A stretch of 63,716 nt of DNA, filler included, from Olpidium bornovanus S191 (Eukaryota > Fungi > Olpidiomycota): the NCBI GenBank assembly GCA_017911155.1. It is 25 parts of 25 records of this genome, joined end to end, with 100 filler letters (N's around TTAATTAATTAA, not from the genome) between each part and the next. Parts side by side here need not be neighbours in the genome. Positions count along the whole stretch, not along the records: positions 47,123 to 52,475 come from JAEFCI010006024.1; positions 52,576 to 55,387 come from JAEFCI010001073.1; positions 55,488 to 57,317 come from JAEFCI010002385.1; positions 57,418 to 59,706 come from JAEFCI010005095.1; 21 more parts are not named here. One strand, written 5' to 3'. The stretch's first letter is position 1. Every line of letters starts with the position of its first letter. The position numbers and the translations under genes were made by a program. The notes under the pieces were generated by a model. The model was not told where the DNA came from. It made no database searches and saw only the letters and a list, made by a program, of their open reading frames with translations. Positions 47,123-57,774 of the stretch are shown here, in pieces.

Positions 47123-49470
47123 CAGCATGCGGATAAAGGTTGTCTGGAGAAAGTAGCAGCCGCAGAGGGATTAACCCTCAGCCAATCGGGATCAAACACC
47201 GAGTGCAGCCTTAAGAAACGTCCAAACTGTCTCACCTTCCCTGTCCCGTTCTGCCCAAGGAGCACGAGAATCTCCGAGTCGGTGAACTCGCCGGCTTCAA
47301 TGTCGAGGGTAAAGTCACCCAGCTTTTTCGCCATCGCCGGGTACTTGTACGCTCTATTCTTCGCATTCTTCGGGTCGTCCTCTGCCGTCTCCGCCATCCG
47401 GAACGTGAGAGACTCTTCACGGAACCGCAGATTTTCCGTAGGTACCATACCGTCCAGGAAGATGTTGATGCCTACAAAACTCGGTATATGGGAAGTAAGT
47501 CAACAAAGAGCGGCACCGTCTTTCCAGTTCCAAGTTACACCACAACGTTTGGGAACCAGGTGTGCCAAAAACCCACCTTCGCGTACAGAGAACGGCAGCG
47601 TGACAACACCGTAAATGCTCGGCATGCCGTATAGAACGCAGATGAAATCCGAAAGGTAATCGAGCACAGAAAGATCGTGTTCGACGACAATCACGTAGCT
47701 GAGGACAGTGAGTAGTTAGCAACGCTTTAAAAATTCCGTATTTTCCCACGTCATGAACCAAGGGAATGAATTAACTCACACATTGGGATTGAGGAGCGAG
47801 CGTATTGTGCGCGCGGCGTTCAATCTCTGCTTGACGTCAAGGTAGGACGACGGCTCATCAAACATGTAGCTGTCAAACGGCCCGGTTAAGCTATTCGGTA
47901 TCCAATCACACAAAATCGCCATGCTATCCCGCAGACCCTCTAAAAATTCGTAATCGCTCACATTTCTGCCTTCTGTACACAGACCACAGCTATCGCAAAC
48001 CTTTGTAGCTCCCCACCGGAAAGCTGTGTCACGTCGCGCTCAAGTACATCTTGCAAGTCTGCAGCAGTTTATGTCGGTAAAACACGCGGCGTCCCCACAC
48101 CGAAGCGTCGGCCAAGACAACCCCGGCGGCGCGCACTCACCGAGCTGCTCGATGAGCGTGTTCTTTATATCATTTTCTGTCTTCTGGTTTAAAATGTTGA
48201 GCACGCTTCCTTGAACTGCCCGCGGAATGTGGTCGACGTACTGCGGTTTAATGATCGCCTGAATGGTAGATAAATTGTATGGGTACACGTCAACTTGAGT
48301 AGTAGGAGCTGCGGCAAAAAATCCCGAAAGCAAAGCCGAAAGCCGCTTGCAGGTTCAGCGTGACCCGTCGGACCTTCAAGTTGTCTTCGAGAATTTTCGT
48401 GAAGTAGTTCTGCAGCTCACTGCCCCGGAAATATTTCAGAATATCTTGCCAGTCTGGCGGATTCTGAGCAAAAACGGCCGGGCGCCACGCAAAAACACGT
48501 CAGCGAGTTTCGCCCGCTGTGCCGCGCAGAGGGCAGCGCCGCTGCACGTATGATACGTGGGCATCCGCAAAAAACAAAGAATATATATCCTCCCTCTGAC
48601 CCCGGTTTCACGCCGCCTCCCATCACTCGCACCTCAAAATTTCCCAAGTTCGGCTTCAGCTTGCCTGCAAGCACTTTTAGTGCAGTGCTCTTCCCAATAC
48701 CGTTAGTCCCAACAAGCCCAAGCACCTGCCCGGGTCGCGGAACGGGCAAGCGGTGAAGCTTGAAGGAGTTTGCCGAGTAGCGGTGGGTGGTGTCTTTCTC
48801 GAGGTTGGTAGGCAAGTTGACGATGTGTATCGCGCCGAAGGGACACTTTTTCGGGCAGATACCGCAACCGATGCAGAGCTCTTCAGAGATGAAGGCGATC
48901 CGGCTGGCAGGTGTCACCTCAATGCAGAGTTTTCCTGCGAGGGTCCGGAAACCGTTTCCGCATGCAGTGGCACATATCGTGAGGCACCAAGATACCGTGG
49001 GAAATAAATGTCGCACGCGCAGAGTGGTGCCAGCAAAAATGGAAAACGGTCGGTTGCTGTGTCAGTTTTTCCAAGTTACGTTTCACTTCCGGGTGCAGCC
49101 GGCGAGTTGGTTTTCCGAGAACCGACGCCCGACTGCACAAATGCGGCATGTTCACGGGTTGAAGGAGCCGCTCCAGCAGGATCCCTGTTGCGCACCCATC
49201 CGCACGACCGGGCACGACTTCTTGCATTCCTGGCGACCTGGTTTCATCGATCCGTTTTCGGAGGCGCGGGAGAGACAGAAATCAAAAGCGCAACGGGCCC
49301 GAAATCTTTCGGTCAGCGCCGCGACGGGACAGGCCGTTCTCCGCAGCGGCAAAAGCCGTTCTCGCCGCTTCCCCCCTGCCGTCCTTTCTTCATCTCCGTT
49401 CGGCCGTACATTTCTTCGGCTTGCACTTGTCCGAGGACACGATGGCAATTCGGGTGAGCTTGTCGGCCAT
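47123..49470 (-). CDS. RLI1: ABCE1/RLI1 ribosome recycling ATPase, multi-exon, 3'-truncated
   Basis: [21 protein letters not shown]|[14 protein letters not shown]|KLCIEV...[13 protein letters not shown] (Fe-S), [41 protein letters not shown] and LGQNGTGK|TTFIRML. Confidence 0.97.
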
Positions 49471-50237
49471 GGCTGGTGCTGCGTCACCGAGTCGAGGCAG
49501 AGCTCTTGTAACTTGCTGGCTCCTCCCGGCCTCGTCGTCCGCCCGTGGCCGGCGGGGGTGCGGTGCGGCGCGGACGAGGGGCTGCCGGGTGCTGCTGCCG
49601 GGTGCTGCTTGGGGCGCGCGGGGACCTGTTTCCGCGCTCGTTTGTCGCCGCGGGGGAGGGAAGTGGGCGCTAAACTTTGTAATGTTTGTTCCCTTCCGGT
49701 CCGGGTCGGAAGAAGTCCCCAACAACGAAACAAAAAAATGGAAGGATGTTTATGGTGAATGAGACTGGCTTAAGGCGCAGCAATTGATTGTATGAGGAAG
49801 AGGCCGACTGACGCGGCAGACCACGAACCGCGGGGCCTTGGATGAATCTGTTAGGGTCAGTTGACAGTAACGCTTTCACAACGGCAGCATCGTGAAAAAA
49901 ACAGCCTGGCAAATTGCCTGTCGTCTCACAAAGAAAAACAAGCCCTGTTATACAGTCGGAACCTCCGCTGGTGTTGCCGGTGAATCCATTTTAGACTTTC
50001 GCCAGAGAAGCTGCTCCAAGCAAAAAGAGGGTGCTAATAAATCTTGTTGTTTATGTGTACGGTCAACCACCGTTGGCCATTAAGATTTTGGATAGAAATG
50101 TAATTTACAGAAAAAACCGCTGTGATTGGTGAGGGACGCCTTGCGTAACGAAGGCTAGACGTAGAGGTAGTGCTGCCTGTCGTCTCAACACCGGTTGTCT
50201 CGACACCGTCCCTTAAATGCAGTCCTTTCAAAAAGCC

Positions 50238-50403
50238 TGTTGAAATGCTCTTTGAAGGACTGGCTGGTTACAGTTGATGCGCTGTCTGTAACGCCTGTAT
50301 CACCTGTACCGACTTCATTCTAGGGCACTCGCTGTAGCTGCCATAACGACCTCGCTTCGATGCGCCCATTGAAGCACCATCCTCGGTGGGCTGGACGGCT
50401 TCC

Positions 50404-50445
<42 letters not shown>

Positions 50446-50772
50446 ATAAAAGCCCCTCTCGGGGAATGCTCCCACAGGTGAATTCGCACTTTCACCCTCA
50501 CCGGAACAACAACAACAGCAAGAAAACAGACGCCTTCCTCCCCGATCCGCCCCGTCGCTGTGGGAAGAGAACCCGCCGGCACATGGACTGAAGGCCGTTG
50601 TGTGAAGACTCGCCCGAAGTCGAGAAGGGAGCACTGGCCGCCGGGAGCCCAAGCTGGGATACGGGCGTGCTGTGTGCGAGGAGCGTCGCACACATATTTC
50701 TCGTGTAGTTCAGTTTACACCTCCACCTCACCCACGGGGAATAAACACAAAATAAACAAACAACGGACAACG
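50238..50772 (+). mobile_element. Putative 535-bp 5' LTR of a third half-tRNA-PBS element
   Basis: Starts TGTTG, has TATAAAA at about 50445 and two AATAAA at about 50740-50757, ends CAACG (one mismatch from CAACA), and directly abuts GGTTATGAGCCCAA at 50773-50786. Confidence 0.6.
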
Positions 50773-51900
50773 GGTTATGAGCCCAACCCGGACCTGACGG
50801 CAAAGCCCGGACCTGACGGCGAAGCGGACCTGACGGCGAAAACCTCGCGCGCCGCTTCCCCGCCCCTCCGCCGCGCGCCCTCCGCCGCGCGCCCACCGCC
50901 GCGCGCCCCCCCCCACCGCCGCTGCGCGCCCGCCGCTGCCGCAATCGCCGCGCTCCGCCGCGCAGCCACCGCCGCCGCTGCGCCATCGCCGCGCACCCAT
51001 CGTAGCGCACCAATCGTCGCGCGCCCACCGCCGCGCACCCACCGCCGCGCGGTCACCGCCATCGCCGCCGCCATCGCGCGGCCGCCGCCGCCGCGCAACC
51101 GCCGCCGCCTCCTTCGCCTTTGCCAACCGCCGCGCGCCCACCGCCGCCGCGTAACCGCGCTGCGCCATCTGCGCCGTCACCCCGATATACTTCCCAAATG
51201 GAATGTATTGTACAAGTATCCGCCGCGGCCCACGCTTCGCCGTAGCCGCCGCCGCCCCGCGCTCCATTTTTCACTCGTCAAAACACGCAGGCAAAATCGC
51301 GCTGCGTCTCTTCTACCGTCGCAACGAGCACGACGACGGTATGACCGCCTCCACACGGTCCAAGGCTTCTCTACGACACCTTCACGAGCAAATGGAACAG
51401 CCCCAGGTGGACGCGAGGGTTGCGTCGGACACCGAGAGTGGCAGCGAACTTGACGTTGCCAAGCGGCTCGAGAAGGTCGGTATAAACCCACGCACCACAC
51501 ACGGTGCTCGCGTGTTTTCGGGAAACTACCCGACAATTCCAAAGGAAGAAACAGAAGAGGACTCCCAGGTCGGCCAACAACGAAACGCAGGTTCGGCATC
51601 GGCTGACGGTTACCCCTCCCGCAGCAAGGCCGTCCTGCATGGCCCGAGAAGCGATTCAAAATCGACCAGAGTCACGACCGGCCACATATTCGTTGTCGCT
51701 AGCTGGCGAGATATCGTATGACACACTCATTGCACTCGTCGGCGACATCTGCCCAGACATGATCGTTACCAGAAGGTCGATGAGAGCCATGCGCGGCATA
51801 TGCCTGGCGTGTCAACGATTATCATGCCTGTGCTGTGAAGCCACCCTCGATCCAGGACCTCTTTGGACAGCATCACGGAGTCCTCGTGGTTCATCACCGA
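50773..51900 (+). mobile_element. Internal region of the third half-tRNA-PBS element: PBS, (GGACCTGACGGC)x3, C-rich leader and a decayed ORF1
   Basis: PBS 50773-50786, three GGACCTGACGGC copies at 50790-50840, degenerate CCACCGCCGCGCGC-like units to about 51260, and an ORF starting MTASTRSK at 51341. No clear conserved gag or pol motif. Confidence 0.55.
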
Positions 51901-51928
51901 ATTGACGAAAGCTACGACCAGGGGCACA

Positions 51929-52280
51929 TGTAGTGGACACTCTATTATTCCCTCATTCCTCCGCTCAACGCACCCGCCTTCTCTGTTCTGTTCGATCTCG
52001 ATGCCTCTCGCTCGACCTCGAAGCCCTTCGCTCGATCCCAATGCTCTTGCGTGACTTCGATACCCACCGCTCGAGCTTGATGTACCGCCCGCTCCCCCTT
52101 ATTGGTTGGGGCCCCAATCGAGGGGGGCCCCAGTACGTAAACCCCTGGTGTCCCCCCTCCTCTAATAAACACAAGAAACCTTCGCCGGAACCACGCACAA
52201 CCACAACACACACCCGGTATACTCAACCTGCCGAGTCTGTAAGCTTCGTGGGCAACGACAGAGTCCCAGAGGGTCCTACA
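51929..52280 (+). mobile_element. Possible solo LTR (about 352 bp)
   Basis: TGTAGTGGAC...GGTCCTACA inverted termini and an internal AATAAA at about 52164. No target-site duplication found. Confidence 0.4.
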
Positions 52281-52575
52281 TAGCGGTGTTGTCACAGTTG
52301 GTGCATAGGCGTTGCAAGGCACTATCCTGTGCCAACCGGCAAGACCCGGTGGGTTCCTCATACCACAGTGAATACTCTGTTAACAAGGAAGCGAGAACCT
52401 CCAATAATGCTCTCTCTTCCATCGCGCCCGACGACACTGATCTAGAACAAGACAGGAACAGGAGGGAACGCCGTCNNNNNNNNNNNNNNNNNNNNNNNNN
52501 NNNNNNNNNNNNNNNNNNNTTAATTAATTAANNNNNNNNNNNNNNNNNNNNNNNNNNNNNNNNNNNNNNNNNNNN

Positions 52576-53400
52576 CATGACTATGCCCAGGAAAAAGATT
52601 TGCGAAACATATATCTTGACCTGAACGAACGCAGAACTTGCCAAGGACAAATAAGCACCCATAAATGACCTACTGGCAAGAATGCCACTAAAAGTAATCC
52701 CGACGTATAACGCGACAGGTGGCACGCCAATGCTAACTAGCTTGTCAACAAGCTAGAGATGGCAGCAAAAGGGTAAAATTTAACAGCGAGGAAGCTTTGA
52801 ACTTAGCAGTTAACCGCCCCTCTAAACATGCAGCTATTCTATGGCATAACCACACGACGGCAAACCCGGAAGGCGACTGTACTCGCTGGAAGCTCTCGTC
52901 ACTGCCTACTACTCACGAGAACACCTCCCAGCGGCAATGGCAAAGTTCATAGAAGTGGATCAGCAAAGCTGCGGTAGCAATGTCAAAAAGTACGTCGAGA
53001 CTTTCACACGATGTACATGGAATTCCCAGCCCTGTGTGACGAGCAGACAGGAACCGTCAAATTTTATATGGACCTCCCAGCTGACATCAGGCGCAGTATC
53101 ATGCGAATGGCGCCTGCCCTGAAGACATTTACGAGGCAGCAGGACGAGACCTCCGCGCGACCGGCGGAGTATCCAAGAAGACCACCATGCCCGTAAAGGG
53201 CGCGGGGTCCGCCGGGGAAGCAAAATGAAAGGACGTCAAGTGCTTCGACTGCAAACAAGAAGGGGCAAAGAACCAAAATAAAATGCAAATCTCCGTGAAA
53301 AGAAAAGAAGAGCGCACCCGCATGATGGATGCCGCGACCGACAAGAAAAACAAGAAGAAGGACGAGGACGAAAAGAAAAAGAACAGCGTTCATCCCGCAA
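52576..53400 (+). pseudogene. Decayed Ty3/Gypsy element: LTR end, PBS-like site and frameshifted gag
   Basis: ...CGACA at 52717, then GG and TGGCACGCC at 52720. Gag remnants GSNVKKYVETF / PALCDEQTGTVKFYMDLPADIRRSI and a broken knuckle KCFDCKQEG. Confidence 0.6.
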
Positions 53401-53908
53401 GTGTTGCGGAATCATTGAAGGTCATGCAAAAGATGACACAGCGTTCCCAGCAAACCTCTCCGAGTCGACCCCAGGCCCACGTGATGCATCTCCCGCCGGG
53501 ATTGTCGTTTATTTTCTTTATTTTCGCTTTGGTTCGCGTGGATTTCGACAGTTTCTCAGTGAGAAAATCTGATTGGTGCACCCCACGCGCACCAGCTGTC
53601 GACCTTGCCCACTAAACACAACACGACCGAAATGGAGCCCAACCATGGCGGAGCGCGTTTAAAGGAGCGCGTTGTTTTGGGTCGTTTACACCTGTGACGG
53701 GGATGCGTAGCTACGGACGCGGCGACCTATGAAGCCAGGGGCAGATTCGATCACGCGACCATAGGGCGCATCCAACAGTGTGAATGACACGCCCCCTATG
53801 GACTCGAAAGAAATAATCAGACTGTGTTTCTCGTCCACCAAAAAACGGGGGAAAAAGTCGGACCATAGTATCCCGAGCTTAGACAAGCAGAACAAGGCAA
53901 CCACGGCA

Positions 53909-54838
53909 ATGGGCAGACTGGGGCTTATCCTGTCGGTTTCCGCTTCTCCGCTGGTCTTTTTCCCCCCGGCTGACGTACGCGCGTCTTCTTCCGCGCGGCG
54001 CGGGAGCGACAAAGCCCTACTCGCGGACGTAAAGAAGCCGACCTTTCGCCGCGGCCGCATGACGGAGGGTCGGCGGTCGGGCCGCGTGCCGCAGATGCGA
54101 TGCGTGGGCGGAGATGCGTGCAAGCACGAGCTCGAGTTCGTGCAGTGCTTCAACCAGGGCTTTGACGGGCGGGACTTCCAGTGGCGATGTGTGGCTGACA
54201 CCGGGGACGCCGTCCGGCTCGGGGAGACAACCGTCACCTGCGAGGGGTACGATTTTCCCAATGACGACTACGTGCTTGTCGGCAGCTGCGGCGTCGAGTA
54301 TCAGCTTTTTTATACACCAAAGGGCAAACGGCTCAGTTCCTCATTGGGCGAGCTCACCAGGGACGACTTCTTCCTTGTTGACGACCGTCTGCCTTTTGTT
54401 GGGCGGCCGTCCTTGACGGCCCAGATCGTGATTGCGATTTGGTGCCTTGGAATACTGTACGCCTTGTACAAGATTGTGCGTGCTTGCATGGATCCCGCAT
54501 ACAGCGAGGCACGACAACGGGAACGGCTTCGTTGGGACGCGGGCGGCGACGGCGGCACTTTTCCTCCGGGCGGTGATGACTTCGGAGATGGTGGAGGAAG
54601 GGGCGGCATTTCCCGGACATGTCGCTCGAGTTCCGCGTGGCGTTCTGCGGAAAGCCCCATCCCTGGGACTGGGTTCTGGACCGGTGTTGGCCTCGGTGGC
54701 CTGGCCGCGCACATGGCAATGCGTCCGCTGTCGACTCCAACCAGGCGTCAACCTGACTTCTCCGCGCCCAGCAACCGCGGCGTCGGGCCGTCCTCCACCC
54801 GGCAGTCAACCGGGTTCGGAGGAACAAGGCGTCGATAG
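53909..54838 (+). CDS. SARAF: SARAF/TMEM66 (DUF1183) homologue, intronless
   Basis: GRMTEGRRSGRVPQMRCVGG.AC...VQCFNQGFDGRDFQWRC...VTCEGYDFPNDDYVLVGSCGVEYQL, a TM segment, GFWTGVGLGGL, and the C-terminus STGFGGTRRR* (TAG 54836-54838). Confidence 0.92.
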   Translation: MGRLGLILSVSASPLVFFPPADVRASSSARRGSDKALLADVKKPTFRRGRMTEGRRSGRVPQMRCVGGDACKHELEFVQCFNQGFDGRDFQWRCVADTGDAVRLGETTVTCEGYDFPNDDYVLVGSCGVEYQLFYTPKGKRLSSSLGELTRDDFFLVDDRLPFVGRPSLTAQIVIAIWCLGILYALYKIVRACMDPAYSEARQRERLRWDAGGDGGTFPPGGDDFGDGGGRGGISRTCRSSSAWRSAESPIPGTGFWTGVGLGGLAAHMAMRPLSTPTRRQPDFSAPSNRGVGPSSTRQSTGFGGTRRR

Positions 54839-55487
54839 TGAGTCGGAGGCTTTTTTTGGTTTTCGCGATTCTGCGACTCCGTGCAACCGGCGGCGATGCC
54901 TCGACCCGCATCTTCCTTGCTTTTTCTTGCACTGCCGCTACGCCATTCATCGTTCGTGGCACGCTACAAATTATCGTCCGAACGTCAGGTCGCATGCATG
55001 ACGACAAGCTATACTACCTCTGACAACGATTGACGATAATCAAACCCTTCGCAGGAGTAAGAACGGTATCAGAATTCCCTGGCTTTTGCAATTCAATGCG
55101 TTCTGTTGGAAACAGAATCATAATCAACACCAATTGCCCCCATGTGGTTGCAGGTTCAGGCGCATGTCCGACAAGGGGGTTGCATCCATTTGACAGAAGG
55201 TTTCCTTGGCCTAAGGACAGAGCCATTGCGGTGGGATAAATCGTCCGAAACAATTAAAATGCACGTTCATGGAAAAGTCGCTGGGCTCTAATATTCTTCA
55301 GCACTACCACGAGCGAGGCAATCAAGGTTAACGGATATTGCCCCCAAGTTTAAAAAATGGCTGTTGATCTAAAAATGTCGTTGCGCGNNNNNNNNNNNNN
55401 NNNNNNNNNNNNNNNNNNNNNNNNNNNNNNNTTAATTAATTAANNNNNNNNNNNNNNNNNNNNNNNNNNNNNNNNNNNNNNNNNNNN

Positions 55488-55807
55488 CAGCGGTCCGGTG
55501 AACCGGCCGGGCACTTAGCTTTGTGGAATGACCACAATTTATGCACCAACTTCTGTAGCTTTTGAACAGTGTGGTCAAGTTTTATCTCGTCTGTGGCGAT
55601 GCCCATGCTATGTCTGTCGTACGCGTCAAACGTGGAGATAAATGCTTGCAAGTTGTCTATGCCGCCACCGCCATCATGCCTGTGGATGTCTTCTAGCAAG
55701 GGCTTAACTTGGTTCCAGCTGAGCTGGAAAGATCTGTTCTGTGCAGTTGGGCGGACGTTTATTGAAGCATGTGAAACTGCCAGGACCGCTCGATTTGAAT
55801 CATCCAA
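55488..55807 (-). mobile_element. Ty3/Gypsy-like gag capsid fragment, open to the contig end
   Basis: PLLEDIHRHDGGGGIDNLQAFISTFDAY...DEIKLDHTVQKL...KLWSFH aligns by eye with the gag at 16484-16943 (LLNDIPKYDGSGGTSKLETFILKVDNY...GKL...FWLKH). Confidence 0.65.
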
Positions 55808-56229
55808 AATTGTAAATTAATGCATGAGCCGGAACTCGGAACCAACTTATCTAATTAATCAACGGATGTTATTGATTTGCGGAGAATCAATTCAGACAGG
55901 TCCCACCTACATGTGTGCACCGCGCATTGGCGCTTGGGAGCAGTGACAGTGCATTCGTGCATTCTGAATGTGACGCTGGTGCCAGCATGTCTCGTGTCCC
56001 TGAGGGAGCAAAGCTCTCTAAGGCGAATTCGTGGCGAACCGCGCGCACTTTCTTGCGTTCTTTCGTTCCCTCAGCCACACAACCCCCAGCTGCCAGCAGC
56101 CCTCTGGCCTCTCGCCTTCGCCCTCGCCCTCGCCCTCGCCCTCGCTCCTGCCTCGTCGCGCGTTGTCTTCCCCGGCGCGTCCGTCTCCCCTGTCGACCGA
56201 ACTGCGCTGACTTTCGGTTCCGTGCGCTA

Positions 56230-57317
56230 ATGCGGCGGGCGTTTTCCGGCGGGAACCTTGCCGGCCTAGCCGCCGCCATCGCGCCCGACGGTGGCGCCGA
56301 CCGTTCTCTTGGAAAGTCGGGCCCCGGCGCTGATTCCCGCGTGCCGCCCCGCGGGTCGCTGGCCCGCCAGGCTTCGGCGCCACTGGTGCGGCCGGACCAG
56401 CCGTTTTCTGCGTTGGCGGTGAACTCCGGCGCGGTGAGCTCGGCGAACTCGCATTTGATGCTGCGTTCTCCCGCGTCGGTGCTACCAACTGGTGCTGCCG
56501 TCTCGGCCAGTCCTACGCCGGCCGTCGCCGACCCTGCGTCAGCACGGCGTGTCAGTTACATAATCGGCCGCGGTGCGTCGTCGTCTCCTGCACATCAACT
56601 CGGGATCAATTCTCTTGCGCTTGACCGTCACTGGCACCAGCAGTTCGTCCCCGAAGAGGAACAGGACGACGGCGTCGTTTTCGGCAAGTGGCGTCGCGGG
56701 CGAGATGCCTCGGGCGACAACGACACGGAGCAGGACAGATCGTGCACTGGTGGCTTGCTTTACACCGCAGGGCGTGACGGAATGATTACTTGCTGGGATC
56801 TCCATCTTCCGATGTTGCGAGCGAATAGGATCAGTCAAAGCCCTCGGACTTCGCCGCTGTTCCCGGGTGAAGATCTGAACGTTGAGGACCGTGAGATTGA
56901 GGGCAAGAGTGCCTGGTACGTGGATTCGGATGCAGTAGCTAAAGTGAGTGCGGGAAGGTGGAGGAGGAACCAGGATTGCAATACGTGCTGCATCTTCGGG
57001 CCGGAACACGAATGTTGCTTTCACTCGACAGAGCTAACCCGCGCCCGTCGCGTTTCCCGAAACTCGCACCAAAGGCAAAGCCGCCAAAAACGACTTTTCT
57101 CTACTCTTTCAACTACCACAACGACTGGGTGAATGACATTGTGCTGTGCCACGACGGATCGACCTGTATGTTTAATGCCCGATACGCCGACAAATTCAAA
57201 AGTATAAACTAAGTGCTGTTTTCCGTTTTAGTAATCTCGGCATCCTCGGATAAAACTGTTCAACTTTGGCGACCGCGGGCTGCATTTGACGCAAATCAGG
57301 AGCGGTCGGCGTCCATG
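56230..57317 (+). CDS. WDR48: WD40 protein WDR48/UAF1, 5' part; start codon uncertain
   Basis: RRVSYII...HQLGINSLAL, LLYTAGRDGMITCWDL, FNYHNDWVNDIVLCHDGST|LISASSDKTVQLW. Confidence 0.9.
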
Positions 57318-57417
57318 NNNNNNNNNNNNNNNNNNNNNNNNNNNNNNNNNNNNNNNNNNNNTTAATTAATTAANNNNNNNNNNNNNNNNNNNNNNNNNNN
57401 NNNNNNNNNNNNNNNNN

Positions 57418-57734
57418 CATGTCGGGCAAGACGGCCCGACTGCAGAAACAACACGCCTCTGCCCCTCTCCGACCTCAAACAAGTCCTTCGGGCAGCCGAC
57501 GATGCCGAACAGGTGATCCCAGACCGACATCTCGGACTTCCGGGCGCACTGGACGATAACGTCCAGGAACGAAGGGAACGACCTCAGAAACCGGACGACC
57601 CGGGGAAGCACTGCGTCTGGACGGAAAGGGGAGAGGAGAAGCGTAAACGCACCGGACGGCGATCGCGCGTGCGTTTCGCCCGTCGGCACCTTGTAAAAAA
57701 AAAAAAAAAAAGAAAAAAAAAGAACCCAGGTCGC

Positions 57735-57774
<40 letters not shown>

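Noticed and set aside
52737-52756. 9-bp inverted repeat CTAGCTTGT-CA-ACAAGCTAG as a terminator
   Set aside because: This is eukaryotic context with no U-tract and a 2-nt loop. It lies within a decayed retroelement leader and has no clear function.
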